IMG/VR virus record: IMGVR_UViG_3300001373_000001
Location: 1 to 64,000 of that record
DNA from: a virus
Taxonomy: Duplodnaviria > Caudoviricetes
Direction: 5' to 3' (one strand)
Length of the DNA: 64,000 bases
Part shown: in pieces, positions 31,616 to 40,741 of the stretch
Position numbering within the stretch: position 1 is the stretch's first letter
How the letters are laid out: the number at the start of each line of letters is the position of its first letter
Program-made: the position numbers and the translations under genes
Notes under the pieces: generated by a model
What the model was told of the DNA's origin: nothing
Seen by the model: the letters and a program-made list of their open reading frames with translations, nothing else
Databases searched by the model: none

Positions 31616-32048
31616 ATGAATTTTTGACAAAGAAGTAATATCTTTTAGAGGTTTAAAGTTTGATTTGAATACATTACATAGTGATTTTGAAAATTTTGAG
31701 ATATACAATTTTTCTGAAAACACATTGACAAGTTATATTGTCTATCAATTAATAAATGATAGTAGATTTGACGATAATATATATATAAAACTTGCTAAAG
31801 AATTAATTAGGTTTATTAAGTTTACCAAGGGTAAAAAATCGGTAAACATAAAATTAAAAGGATTGCAAATTAAGAAAACAGATGATTTTAATAGAGTTAA
31901 TTTTGGTAGTACATCTATTAAGATAAGCACTAATTTCATTGAGGATATTGAGTATATGTTATACAACAAAACTGAATTCAGATTTGACCAAAAAATAATA
32001 AATGATGCGATAATATTAATGAAAGAAGAGTATAAAAACAATGAATAA
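31616..32048 (+). CDS. hypothetical protein with +1 frameshift after codon 3
   Basis: RBS-ATG AAT TTT TGA C; the +1 frame continues into ORF 31665-32048. Confidence 0.55.
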
Positions 32049-32352
32049 AATTAAAGAATTAAAGAACTCTATTATAATACATAAATTAAATATAATAGAA
32101 CTTGAAAGACAACTAAGAATTGAAGTATTAAAAGAATTAATACCACTTTGTAAATTTAATCTATGTACTAATCCAAATGAAACTATACTATTTACAACTA
32201 AAAATAAATGGAATAAAGAAGTAATAAAAATACATGGATTATATAAAGATGAGTTGCTTGCACTCCAAACAATTGACTCTATACTAGTTGAAAATAATAT
32301 AAAACTTGAGGATATATTTGACGATGAGGCAGACTGTATTGTAGGAATATAA
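32041..32352 (+). CDS. hypothetical protein
   Basis: coupled ORF. Confidence 0.65.
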   Translation: MNKIKELKNSIIIHKLNIIELERQLRIEVLKELIPLCKFNLCTNPNETILFTTKNKWNKEVIKIHGLYKDELLALQTIDSILVENNIKLEDIFDDEADCIVGI

Positions 32353-32441
32353 ATAAAATTGTTAACCTACAAATGATTAAAAATGATAAGTTTGTAGGTT
32401 AACTAAAACTAAAAAATAGATTTAAAAAGGGGATCAAAAAA

Positions 32442-33074
32442 ATGAATTTAGTATATATTTATAATCAAATTAAAAAAGGAAATCATATAAATTTATTATT
32501 TGAACTTGAAAAGGAAATTGAATTACAAAATAGTTTAAATACTCAAAATCCTATAGATGATATTCAAAAAAAAGCAATTGAAAGAATAACAAATAAGATA
32601 TTTAAACCTAAAAAAGTATATAGAACTGATACATATAGAGTATACCCGTTGAATGGGTGTAGCTACTTTGTTGACGGTGTTTATGGATTAAAATATAATT
32701 GGGAATTTAGAGTTGAAAATAATCAACTTAAATACTCAAAAGAGATAATGAAATATGAAACAGCTTTTAAAGACTCAGATTTAATTGAAGTAGAAATAGA
32801 CATATCTAAAATAAAAACTAGAGCTAAATTAAGCACTGCAAATAATTTAAAGCATGTAAAGTTTAATGATGCTTATTTTAACCCAAAATTGATTACTGAA
32901 ATATTTAATTTGATGGTTAATCCAGTTACAAAGGCTAAAATAGCAAAGAATAATGAATGTAGTATGTTATTCTTGTATAACAAGGACGTGACTGCTTTAG
33001 TGTTACCAATTAGACTAGATGATAAGTCAAAAGAAGAGTATAAAAAACTATATCCAGAGGAATTCGGAACATGA
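32442..33074 (+). CDS. protein with beta-clamp-like C-terminal motif
   Basis: YFNPKLI...ALVLPIRL resembles the DnaN C-terminal domain. Confidence 0.5.
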   Translation: MNLVYIYNQIKKGNHINLLFELEKEIELQNSLNTQNPIDDIQKKAIERITNKIFKPKKVYRTDTYRVYPLNGCSYFVDGVYGLKYNWEFRVENNQLKYSKEIMKYETAFKDSDLIEVEIDISKIKTRAKLSTANNLKHVKFNDAYFNPKLITEIFNLMVNPVTKAKIAKNNECSMLFLYNKDVTALVLPIRLDDKSKEEYKKLYPEEFGT

Positions 33075-33238
33075 AAGAGAAGTTATTGAAAGACCTAATT
33101 AGATGTATAGTTAAAGAGGTATACGATGATATTACCTCTAGAGATATTGAGAGTATAACAGACTCAATTTATTCTGAGGAATTAAGTTATATAGGAGATT
33201 TGACACTATACATAGACCAAAACAAAGAATTAAATTAA
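33071..33238 (+). CDS. 55-aa acidic protein (absent from ORF track)
   Basis: ATGA overlap with upstream stop; ends just before the next RBS. Confidence 0.55.
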   Translation: MKEKLLKDLIRCIVKEVYDDITSRDIESITDSIYSEELSYIGDLTLYIDQNKELN

Positions 33239-33253
33239 AGAGGAGTTTAGAAA

Positions 33254-33580
33254 ATGAGTGAACAAAAATATAAATATAAGTTTAATTGCGTTGAAGCTAG
33301 TAGGCATTTACAAAAAGAATTTTTAAGACATGCAATTGATAATAGCAAAGAAATAACTTATAATACATTTGTAAAAAATATTGGTAATGACTATTTTAAA
33401 GAGTTTATAAAAGAAAATTTTACGCAATATGAAACCAATAGCAAAAAAGGCTTGACGTTTAAAAACGACTGGCATATAAGCTATCATAAAAGCTATTTTG
33501 ATGTAATTAAAGATTCAAAGCGTAAAAGGTATATAGTATATTATTTTAGACATAGTTCAATAGAATATCTATTTTATTAG
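33254..33580 (+). CDS. hypothetical phage protein
   Basis: GAGGAG RBS; DWHISYHKS...HSSIEY. Confidence 0.75.
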   Translation: MSEQKYKYKFNCVEASRHLQKEFLRHAIDNSKEITYNTFVKNIGNDYFKEFIKENFTQYETNSKKGLTFKNDWHISYHKSYFDVIKDSKRKRYIVYYFRHSSIEYLFY

Positions 33581-33654
33581 GAGATCAAAATTATATAAGC
33601 TAGATTATTTAATTTAGTCTAGCTTAAAATAACAAAAATGAAAGCGGTGGAATA

Positions 33655-33966
33655 ATGAGAACTTCAATTAAGTATTATGGGACTAGAAATCGCAATCAAG
33701 TTAACAATAATAGAGAAGGTTGCATATTTTGCAGTGGCAATAATTTAGAAAAAATTCAAAAAGTTTTAAATGATTTAATTGAATATTTAGAAATAAATTC
33801 TGATGTTGAGTTTTTAAAATGTCATACTTACCAAGATTATGATATTTTGAAGAAGGGATATATAAGTGTTTGGGAAACTTTTAATATTACTGACAAAGAA
33901 GAATTTGATTGTATAAAAGATGAGTATATGAAATGGAAAAGCAATTATAATTTTAATGATGTTTGA
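33655..33966 (+). CDS. hypothetical protein
   Basis: GGTGG RBS. Confidence 0.65.
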   Translation: MRTSIKYYGTRNRNQVNNNREGCIFCSGNNLEKIQKVLNDLIEYLEINSDVEFLKCHTYQDYDILKKGYISVWETFNITDKEEFDCIKDEYMKWKSNYNFNDV

Positions 33967-34112
33967 AAACCTAAAATCAATTCTAAGGTTATTTAAAGCC
34001 GATTTAAGCCATTGTTTATTTATATATGTAATTATGGCTTAAATGAGTTTTAAACGCTTTAAGAGTGCTTAAAACGTCAAATAGAATATATTAAAAAGGT
34101 GGAATAATAATA

Positions 34113-34520
34113 ATGATAAACTTAAAACAATTAAATTTAGAACAACTCAAAGAACTTAAAACTAGTATTACAAATGAAATTGAGTTAAGAGAGCCAAAAA
34201 AAGAATTTGTATTATGTACTCATGAATGCAAAAATAGCGCTAACTATCATCAAAATAAGTACAAACATTGGTTAAAAATAATAACAAGTGTTGATAATAC
34301 TAAAACAAATAGTTATGCATTTAACGGTGAATTTTTAAGCATTAATATTGAACACAAGTTACCAGAAAACACAATAATAGCTGAATTTTGTGGATCTGGA
34401 AATATAGTTGAAATATATCATATAAAATCTAAAGATAATATTGAAAAGATATTCTCATGTTCTGCTAGGTCAATGAGCAATACTATTGATGAGCTTCATG
34501 AGTATATGAAAAACATATAA
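34113..34520 (+). CDS. hypothetical protein
   Basis: AGGTGG RBS. Confidence 0.7.
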   Translation: MINLKQLNLEQLKELKTSITNEIELREPKKEFVLCTHECKNSANYHQNKYKHWLKIITSVDNTKTNSYAFNGEFLSINIEHKLPENTIIAEFCGSGNIVEIYHIKSKDNIEKIFSCSARSMSNTIDELHEYMKNI

Positions 34521-34548
34521 TAATATAATTAAAGAGGAGTTTTGAAAA

Positions 34549-35346
34549 ATGAAAAAAGTATTTAAAATTAGCGTTGAAGACGTATTGAGAAAAGTAATAG
34601 AAATTGAAGCTAATAACATTGAGGAAGCTATTGAAAAAGCATGGAGAATGTATGATAAAGAAGAGATAGTTATCACTACTGATAACTATGTTGGAACACC
34701 AATTATAAAAGAAAGTTTTAACATATTAAGCGATGAACAATTAAACAAATTATGGTGTATGATACTGGAAGAGTCATTATTATATGAGGAAAGTGTTTCT
34801 ATTGACTATGTAGATATACTAAATGAAATCAATGAAAGTGGTTTTAAATTAGCAGTTAAACTATGCAAGAATGAAATCAATAAATTTATTGACAAAATTA
34901 TAGGAAATTCTAATTATAATTTTGATTCAATAATCAAACAATTAAAAGACAATTTAATTAAAACACATCTAAACAATAAAGGGATTTTAAAGCTATCTAT
35001 AGCTAAAGAGTGGGAAGATGATGAAGAGACTTATTATAACTCTTTGGAAGAACTCCAAAACAATATTGATGCTGTAATCAATATCGAAAAAAATAAATAT
35101 ACTTGCTTTAATAATAAAAATATAAATCCTTTAGAACTTATCGCATCTGGAAGAGAACACGTTATAAAATTAATAAACAAAGATGATGAAACCGAAAAAT
35201 TATTTGTTAGAATAGACCTTGCTATCAATCCAGATTATGAAATAGAAAATTATTCTTATGTATGGTTAACTGATACACCTAAAGATGCTATTATATTATT
35301 AGAAAATGATGAAGGTAGTTATTTTTGTAAAGTAACAAAATCTTAA
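34549..35346 (+). CDS. DpnD/PcfM-like N-terminal domain protein
   Basis: FKISVEDVLRKVIEIEANNIEEAIEKA...Y..EEIV. Confidence 0.7.
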   Translation: MKKVFKISVEDVLRKVIEIEANNIEEAIEKAWRMYDKEEIVITTDNYVGTPIIKESFNILSDEQLNKLWCMILEESLLYEESVSIDYVDILNEINESGFKLAVKLCKNEINKFIDKIIGNSNYNFDSIIKQLKDNLIKTHLNNKGILKLSIAKEWEDDEETYYNSLEELQNNIDAVINIEKNKYTCFNNKNINPLELIASGREHVIKLINKDDETEKLFVRIDLAINPDYEIENYSYVWLTDTPKDAIILLENDEGSYFCKVTKS

Positions 35347-35440
35347 TATATAAGCACTAACTAAGAATTGTTTAATTTGTATGGATAACTTATAATTAAC
35401 ATATAAATTAAATAATACTTAGATTAGGAGATATTAACAA

Positions 35441-36148
35441 ATGTTACTAAAGATTACTGAAATTTGCAAAATGAATTGTATTCATTGTAGTGGAGATTAT
35501 AACGCATATGGAAAAGATATGGAAATGAATGTATTTAAGAATTGCATAGACTTCATTAAAAGATTTGAAAATGTGGCAATTATTGTAACTGGCGGAGAAC
35601 CAACGCTGCATATACATTTTAAGGAAATTATAGAAGAACTTGTAAAAATTACTAAACTCCTGGTACTAACTACCAATGGAGATTTTGACGGTAATATGGC
35701 TGAGTATTTGAGCAAACTTCCCATACAAATACAAGTGACAAACGACCGTCGTTATTATCCTAAAGATGTGCCAAAATATACCTATGGAAACTTTATGTAT
35801 GTTGACAAGATACATAAACTAAGCAACGAAGGAAGAGCGAAGTTAAACAATTTAACTTGTACAGACAATAAGCCGAATTGTTATAATATTAGAAGTTATT
35901 TAAAAGCTAGTTATAGTCTAAATCATGCCATGTATTGTAATGGTTTATTAGGTAAATTCTGTAAGCCATCTATTGATATACATGGCAATATTTACGTTGG
36001 AGAAAATGAAAAGTTATGCACTAAAGTTGGTCATGTTTTAGAAGACACTATTAATATATCTACTAGAATTCGAAACATGAGATGTAATAATTGTAAGTTA
36101 TTTGATAAATTAACAATGGAATATAGGAGGCATGTAAATGAAGTATGA
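35441..36148 (+). CDS. radical SAM protein
   Basis: CKMNCIHC (CX3CX2C), TGGEPTLH, TTNG, Cys-rich C-terminus. Confidence 0.9.
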   Translation: MLLKITEICKMNCIHCSGDYNAYGKDMEMNVFKNCIDFIKRFENVAIIVTGGEPTLHIHFKEIIEELVKITKLLVLTTNGDFDGNMAEYLSKLPIQIQVTNDRRYYPKDVPKYTYGNFMYVDKIHKLSNEGRAKLNNLTCTDNKPNCYNIRSYLKASYSLNHAMYCNGLLGKFCKPSIDIHGNIYVGENEKLCTKVGHVLEDTINISTRIRNMRCNNCKLFDKLTMEYRRHVNEV

Positions 36149-37133
36149 CGAGTTTTTTTATACATTAGATGAATATATACTAGAAGGATTACAAGAAATA
36201 AAAAGTATTAGTTGTAACTTATTTAGTAGGTTAGTTGGTATTTCAGACATACATTTAGAATGCTTAAAAAATAATACAGATTTTGATATTACTTTATATG
36301 AAAAGCAATTCTATACTCATGATATGTCAAAGATGAGTATAACACAATATATTGGATTGTTTCATACATATACTTATGGTAAGTTATTTAAGGTATTTTA
36401 TAATTTCTCATACGAATTATTGAATTTGTTAGAGAAAGATTTTAATATAAACAACTATAATGAGTTTAGAAATGAAACATTTGAAATATTTAAAACACTG
36501 CCATATAAATCATTTGGAATGAGTTGTAAAGATACAAAAGTATTTATATGCATTGATATAAGCAATAGAATATTATCAATTGCAACTGATGATTATAAAA
36601 ATAAGAATATGATAATTGGAACATTTATATTGAGAAACACTATACATAAAACATTACTAAGCCACGCTGAGTTAACTGATGTAAGTGTTTATTCCGAAGA
36701 GTTTAAGAGTGCTAAACAATTACTAATTACATGTTATACTTGCATGAAATATCTTTGTTGCAGTAATAAAGATATAACTAATAAAGAAGAATATACTTCT
36801 AACTCTAAGCCTAAAATTAAAACTAAGCTTAAAAATACTATTGCAACGTGGGATGTTGGTTTTAGAGTTGCTAAATTTATAAAACAAAGTCAACTTAAAA
36901 ATGAAAATATAAAATCAAATGATCCTAATACAAAAGATCAAAATCAAAATAATGAAATTGAAAACATAAAACTGACTTCAAAAAAACGAAGCCATATGAG
37001 AAAAGCACACTATCACAGTTTTTGGACTGGTAGCAAGGAAAACAAAAAACTAATATTAAAATGGCTAAGCCCAATGTTAGTTAATTTTGACATGGAAAAC
37101 AATCCTATTACCGAATATAAAGTTGAAGAGTAG
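36138..37133 (+). CDS. AcrVA2/FinQ-like protein
   Basis: YLC, WDVGFR, RSHMRKAHYHSFWTG and LKWLSP motifs; 331 aa. Confidence 0.65.
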   Translation: MKYDEFFYTLDEYILEGLQEIKSISCNLFSRLVGISDIHLECLKNNTDFDITLYEKQFYTHDMSKMSITQYIGLFHTYTYGKLFKVFYNFSYELLNLLEKDFNINNYNEFRNETFEIFKTLPYKSFGMSCKDTKVFICIDISNRILSIATDDYKNKNMIIGTFILRNTIHKTLLSHAELTDVSVYSEEFKSAKQLLITCYTCMKYLCCSNKDITNKEEYTSNSKPKIKTKLKNTIATWDVGFRVAKFIKQSQLKNENIKSNDPNTKDQNQNNEIENIKLTSKKRSHMRKAHYHSFWTGSKENKKLILKWLSPMLVNFDMENNPITEYKVEE

Positions 37134-37352
37134 CAATAAATCAAAACTAAGTATACATATACAATAAATTTGTTGAATTTAAACAATCAAGATGTTATAA
37201 TAATCATATGAGTTCAATTAATTTAACGATATGTATTATTTAGCGTTTTAAAGGGTGTTTAACGGTTTATTTTGATTTAAGCTATAATAGACCATAAATG
37301 AATCATAGTGGCTTAAAAGGTATTTAAATAAGTTTAAAAGGGGATATGAGCA

Positions 37353-37613
37353 ATGAAAGAGTTAAAAGAGTTAAATATAAGATATGGATTCCAAATAGAA
37401 GAGTTTGGAATATATTATAAAATAACATCAAGATTTGATGTGTGGTTTGTCAAGAGATATGAATTTTATAATAATAGAATTCAACTCTATCATGGTAATG
37501 TATTTGGAAAGTGTAATATCCATAAACAGTTAGTTTGCCATGGATTAGAACACTTATTCTTATACATTAAATCCCATGATAGCAAGTATTTCTTAAAAGG
37601 AGGTGTTGCTTGA
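37353..37613 (+). CDS. hypothetical protein
   Basis: LYH.N...H.Q...YIKSHD. Confidence 0.7.
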   Translation: MKELKELNIRYGFQIEEFGIYYKITSRFDVWFVKRYEFYNNRIQLYHGNVFGKCNIHKQLVCHGLEHLFLYIKSHDSKYFLKGGVA

Positions 37614-38332
37614 TGTTCGCAAAAGATATTACTGTAACCTCTTGGAATTATATGGTTGAAAAATATCTATATAATTGTAGCGCTGCCAAGAGAAGTTTAA
37701 CATTGAAGTTTCTAAAGCACATTAAAGATATTGATGTGCCTCTTGAAAATGTAGCACCGAAAAACATAGAGGAATTTTTAATTATGAATCAAAATAATAA
37801 CGTGGGACTTTTAAGATCGGCTATTAACCAACTTTTTAAGCATTTAAAACTATCAAATGTAGATATTAATATAGATATGAATGAAATAAAAAATGAAATT
37901 AAAAAAATGAAGTCTATAAAACCAAAGAAGAAGAAAATTACTATGAATGATAGTGCTTTTACTCAAGCTGAATTAGAATTGATACTAAGCCAAATACAAG
38001 ATATAACTAAAAATAGAGATAATTTAATTTTTAATATACTTTTTGATACTAAATTAAGTATAGAGGAAATTTTAAGCTTGAAGTTTGAAGATTTTGAAAA
38101 TAGGACATTGAACTATAAGAATAAAAAATATATACTTAGCAATAAGACTATCGAATACTTTGATATGAATTGTTATATAAACGAAAAGTATAAAACAATT
38201 TTATTCAAGTCATTTGAAGGAAAGCCATTAAATATGATTGCATTCCTAACTAGGATTAGAAAGATTAAAGATAACTTAGGCATAAAAGGTAGTCTAGTCA
38301 AGAAGTTAAATAGATATTGCGAGAGGAATTGA
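37610..38332 (+). CDS. catalytically dead tyrosine-recombinase-fold protein
   Basis: NRDNLIFNILFDTKLSIEEILSLKFED box I lacks the catalytic R; no HxxR or Tyr motif. Confidence 0.65.
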   Translation: MMFAKDITVTSWNYMVEKYLYNCSAAKRSLTLKFLKHIKDIDVPLENVAPKNIEEFLIMNQNNNVGLLRSAINQLFKHLKLSNVDINIDMNEIKNEIKKMKSIKPKKKKITMNDSAFTQAELELILSQIQDITKNRDNLIFNILFDTKLSIEEILSLKFEDFENRTLNYKNKKYILSNKTIEYFDMNCYINEKYKTILFKSFEGKPLNMIAFLTRIRKIKDNLGIKGSLVKKLNRYCERN

Positions 38333-39114
38333 CTCAAATGACTATAATACAAAAAATGAAAGCAGTGCTACAACTATTTGAATTCGATAAGGATTTTGAA
38401 AGTAAATTAACTGAATTATTCAAGACTAAGTATTCGGATATTATATCTGGAAAATTAGCTAAGGATATTATTAACTTCAATTTGAACTTTATAAAAACTC
38501 ATGATTTGGAATTAGTTCTAGATCATTTTAATATACAGAAATTAATTAACGAACAAGTAGTGCAAACCTTAAAATACAATTTAAGAAATTTAAATGATGC
38601 TGAGTTGGACAGCGAATTTGTATATATAATAAGCGCTTATAATCAGAGTAATATTATAGCTATACCTAATAAACTAATATCAGAAGCGCTAAACAATGAA
38701 TCTAATGCTATATTATCAACATATACTCCGAGAGAGGAATATGTAATTAACAAGAATGAAATATCAAAATCAAATAATGAAATTATAAAATCAAATAATA
38801 AAATTTCAAAATCAAAATTAAAAAATAAAACTTTTGAATCAAAAAGAGGAAGAAAGAAGGTAAATATAGAAGTTGATTATGAAATTTTAAATACAAAAAA
38901 CTCAATGGAAGAGTTTGAAAAATATAACATGGATGGAGTCGAAATAGCTTCAATGAAAGCTAGAGATGTCTATTCAGAGTATTTAAAATTTTGTAAATTA
39001 AATAAAATGTTTCCTCAAAACATATTAATTTTTGGTAAATACTTTACTAAAATATATGATGTAAAACAAGGAACTGATGGAACATATTATTTGAATGTTC
39101 AACTCAAAAAATAA
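38317..39114 (+). CDS. putative DNA-binding protein
   Basis: KRGRK motif and C-terminal wHTH-like VYSEYLKFC...FGK. Confidence 0.55.
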   Translation: MREELTQMTIIQKMKAVLQLFEFDKDFESKLTELFKTKYSDIISGKLAKDIINFNLNFIKTHDLELVLDHFNIQKLINEQVVQTLKYNLRNLNDAELDSEFVYIISAYNQSNIIAIPNKLISEALNNESNAILSTYTPREEYVINKNEISKSNNEIIKSNNKISKSKLKNKTFESKRGRKKVNIEVDYEILNTKNSMEEFEKYNMDGVEIASMKARDVYSEYLKFCKLNKMFPQNILIFGKYFTKIYDVKQGTDGTYYLNVQLKK

Positions 39115-39116
39115 AT

Positions 39117-39992
39117 ATGAATATAATGAAACAGTATGAAAACTATAATGGCAGAAAGAATAATAGATTAGACTACTTTGTAAGTAGTTTTGATAAGTTT
39201 GTTAGTGAAAATAAAAATACAGATATGAAAGAAGTAGACTTTAGTTCATTTTTAAAAGAAACTACATCTAATAGAACCTTGATGAATAATATTAGCGATG
39301 CGAATTTCTTTTTAGAATATATTGGACTCAGTAAAATGAATACAAAAGAGATTGATAAAGACAAATTAATAAAAACTGACTGTTCTGGAATACTTCATAT
39401 AGATCAATATAAACTGTTATTAAAGCAACTTACAGTTCATGATGATTTTGGAAAAAGGGTTAATAATAGAGATAGAGTATTGGTTCAAATGGCTTGGTGG
39501 GGATTTAAGACTATGGAAATTGCTGAAATAAAACGGTATGATATAGAATTCGTAAGATCAAATATGACTAAAATAAAGCTTCCAAATGGAGTTATAAGAA
39601 CTATAACAGATGAGAGCTTTAGAGAAGATTTAGAATTATATCTACAAGATAGGCATATATTACAATTCCATAAAAATCCAACTGTTGAAGTTCCGTTATT
39701 AATAACGGATAATTTGATTGCAAAAGTTGACAATGCATTAAGTAGAAATGGATGTGATTCTGTTAATGTATTAACGAATATTCTTAAAAATGCTCTATAT
39801 AATAATTATGTAGAGATTGATGGAATAAACTTAGTATCTCTAAATAACCAAAGTATATTTAAAAGTAGAATAGTGTATTTATTATCACTTGGTTATACTG
39901 GAGCAGATATTCAAAAAATCCTTAGTATCAAAAGTCAAGGATTTATCTGGCTGAAAAGATTAGTTCCTTTGATATATAAAAATAGAAAATAA
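39117..39992 (+). CDS. MrpR/YopR-like recombinase-fold repressor
   Basis: NRDRVLVQMAWWG...EIAEIKRYDI, SIFKS; catalytic residues absent; SPbeta-like position. Confidence 0.55.
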   Translation: MNIMKQYENYNGRKNNRLDYFVSSFDKFVSENKNTDMKEVDFSSFLKETTSNRTLMNNISDANFFLEYIGLSKMNTKEIDKDKLIKTDCSGILHIDQYKLLLKQLTVHDDFGKRVNNRDRVLVQMAWWGFKTMEIAEIKRYDIEFVRSNMTKIKLPNGVIRTITDESFREDLELYLQDRHILQFHKNPTVEVPLLITDNLIAKVDNALSRNGCDSVNVLTNILKNALYNNYVEIDGINLVSLNNQSIFKSRIVYLLSLGYTGADIQKILSIKSQGFIWLKRLVPLIYKNRK

Positions 39993-40002
39993 TTGAATAT
40001 AT

Positions 40003-40030
40003 AAGAGTAGCTTAATACTACTCTTTTTTT
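40003..40030 (+). terminator. intrinsic terminator
   Basis: AAGAGTAG...CTACTCTT followed by T run. Confidence 0.75.
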
Positions 40031-40077
40031 TATGTTTGTGATATAGTTAAGTAATATATTTTACACAATTTATATAA

Positions 40078-40446
40078 ATGAGGTGTTTTATGAATTTTCA
40101 AATACAAGATATTGAAAAATACACTATATTAAAAAGCTTCATAATAACTATATCTAATCTAAATACTGATGGAGGAGCTTGTCTAGAATCTAATATATTA
40201 GATAATCAATTCAAATGCTGCTTTAATGATAACTTGCAAACTATTAATATTTGTGAGGGTGCTAATTTATTTGCAATTAAAAACATTTTTGATTACATTT
40301 CATCATTAGGATATGAAAACTTAAGCTTTAACCCTTCTAAAATCAGTCATTATAATTCCAATTTATTGAAGTTAAATAAAGATTGTATGCTACTTAATAA
40401 TCGCAAAATATTCAACTTAATTCTTGACAAGGTTAGATTAAACTAA
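40078..40446 (+). CDS. hypothetical protein
   Basis: GAGGTG RBS before ATG 40090. Confidence 0.55.
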   Translation: MRCFMNFQIQDIEKYTILKSFIITISNLNTDGGACLESNILDNQFKCCFNDNLQTINICEGANLFAIKNIFDYISSLGYENLSFNPSKISHYNSNLLKLNKDCMLLNNRKIFNLILDKVRLN

Positions 40447-40452
40447 TATAAT
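40424..40452 (+). promoter_or_regulatory. consensus sigma-A promoter for the ncRNA-DUF2828 locus
   Basis: TTGACA (40424) -17- TATAAT (40447). Confidence 0.85.
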
Positions 40453-40482
40453 TGTATTGAACTCAATTAGTTTTACATATAG

Positions 40483-40535
40483 TAGATACGAACAGCAAAC
40501 AAAATTAAAAGATTTTGGATCTTAAAGTGTATCTA
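40483..40535 (+). ncRNA. ACAGCAA stem-loop RNA 1 (candidate Y-RNA-like)
   Basis: TAGATAC/GTATCTA stem enclosing ACAGCAA and an AAGAT/ATCTT hairpin. Confidence 0.55.
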
Positions 40536-40560
40536 GAAACCAAATGGAATGACATTGGTG

Positions 40561-40648
40561 TAGTGCGAATGGATTTTTTTGTGTCTTGTAGTAGTCACAT
40601 ACAGCAATCAATACAGAAGAATTAATAGTTCGATTCTATTACGCACTA
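40561..40648 (+). ncRNA. tRNA-like ACAGCAA RNA 2 (candidate Y-RNA-like)
   Basis: TAGTGCG/CGCACTA acceptor-like stem, AATGG D-like motif, central hairpin plus ACAGCAA, T-arm TAATAG-TTCGATT-CTATTA. Confidence 0.6.
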
Positions 40649-40741
40649 TCTTGTTAGGCAATAATAATTATTCACCTATAACATACACATATATAAGCTT
40701 AGAGTAATCTAGGCTTATAATTTCAGAATGGAGTTGATTAA

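Noticed and set aside
40561-40648. canonical tRNA gene
   Set aside because: No proper D-stem, no 7-nt anticodon loop, no CCA; treated as tRNA-like ncRNA
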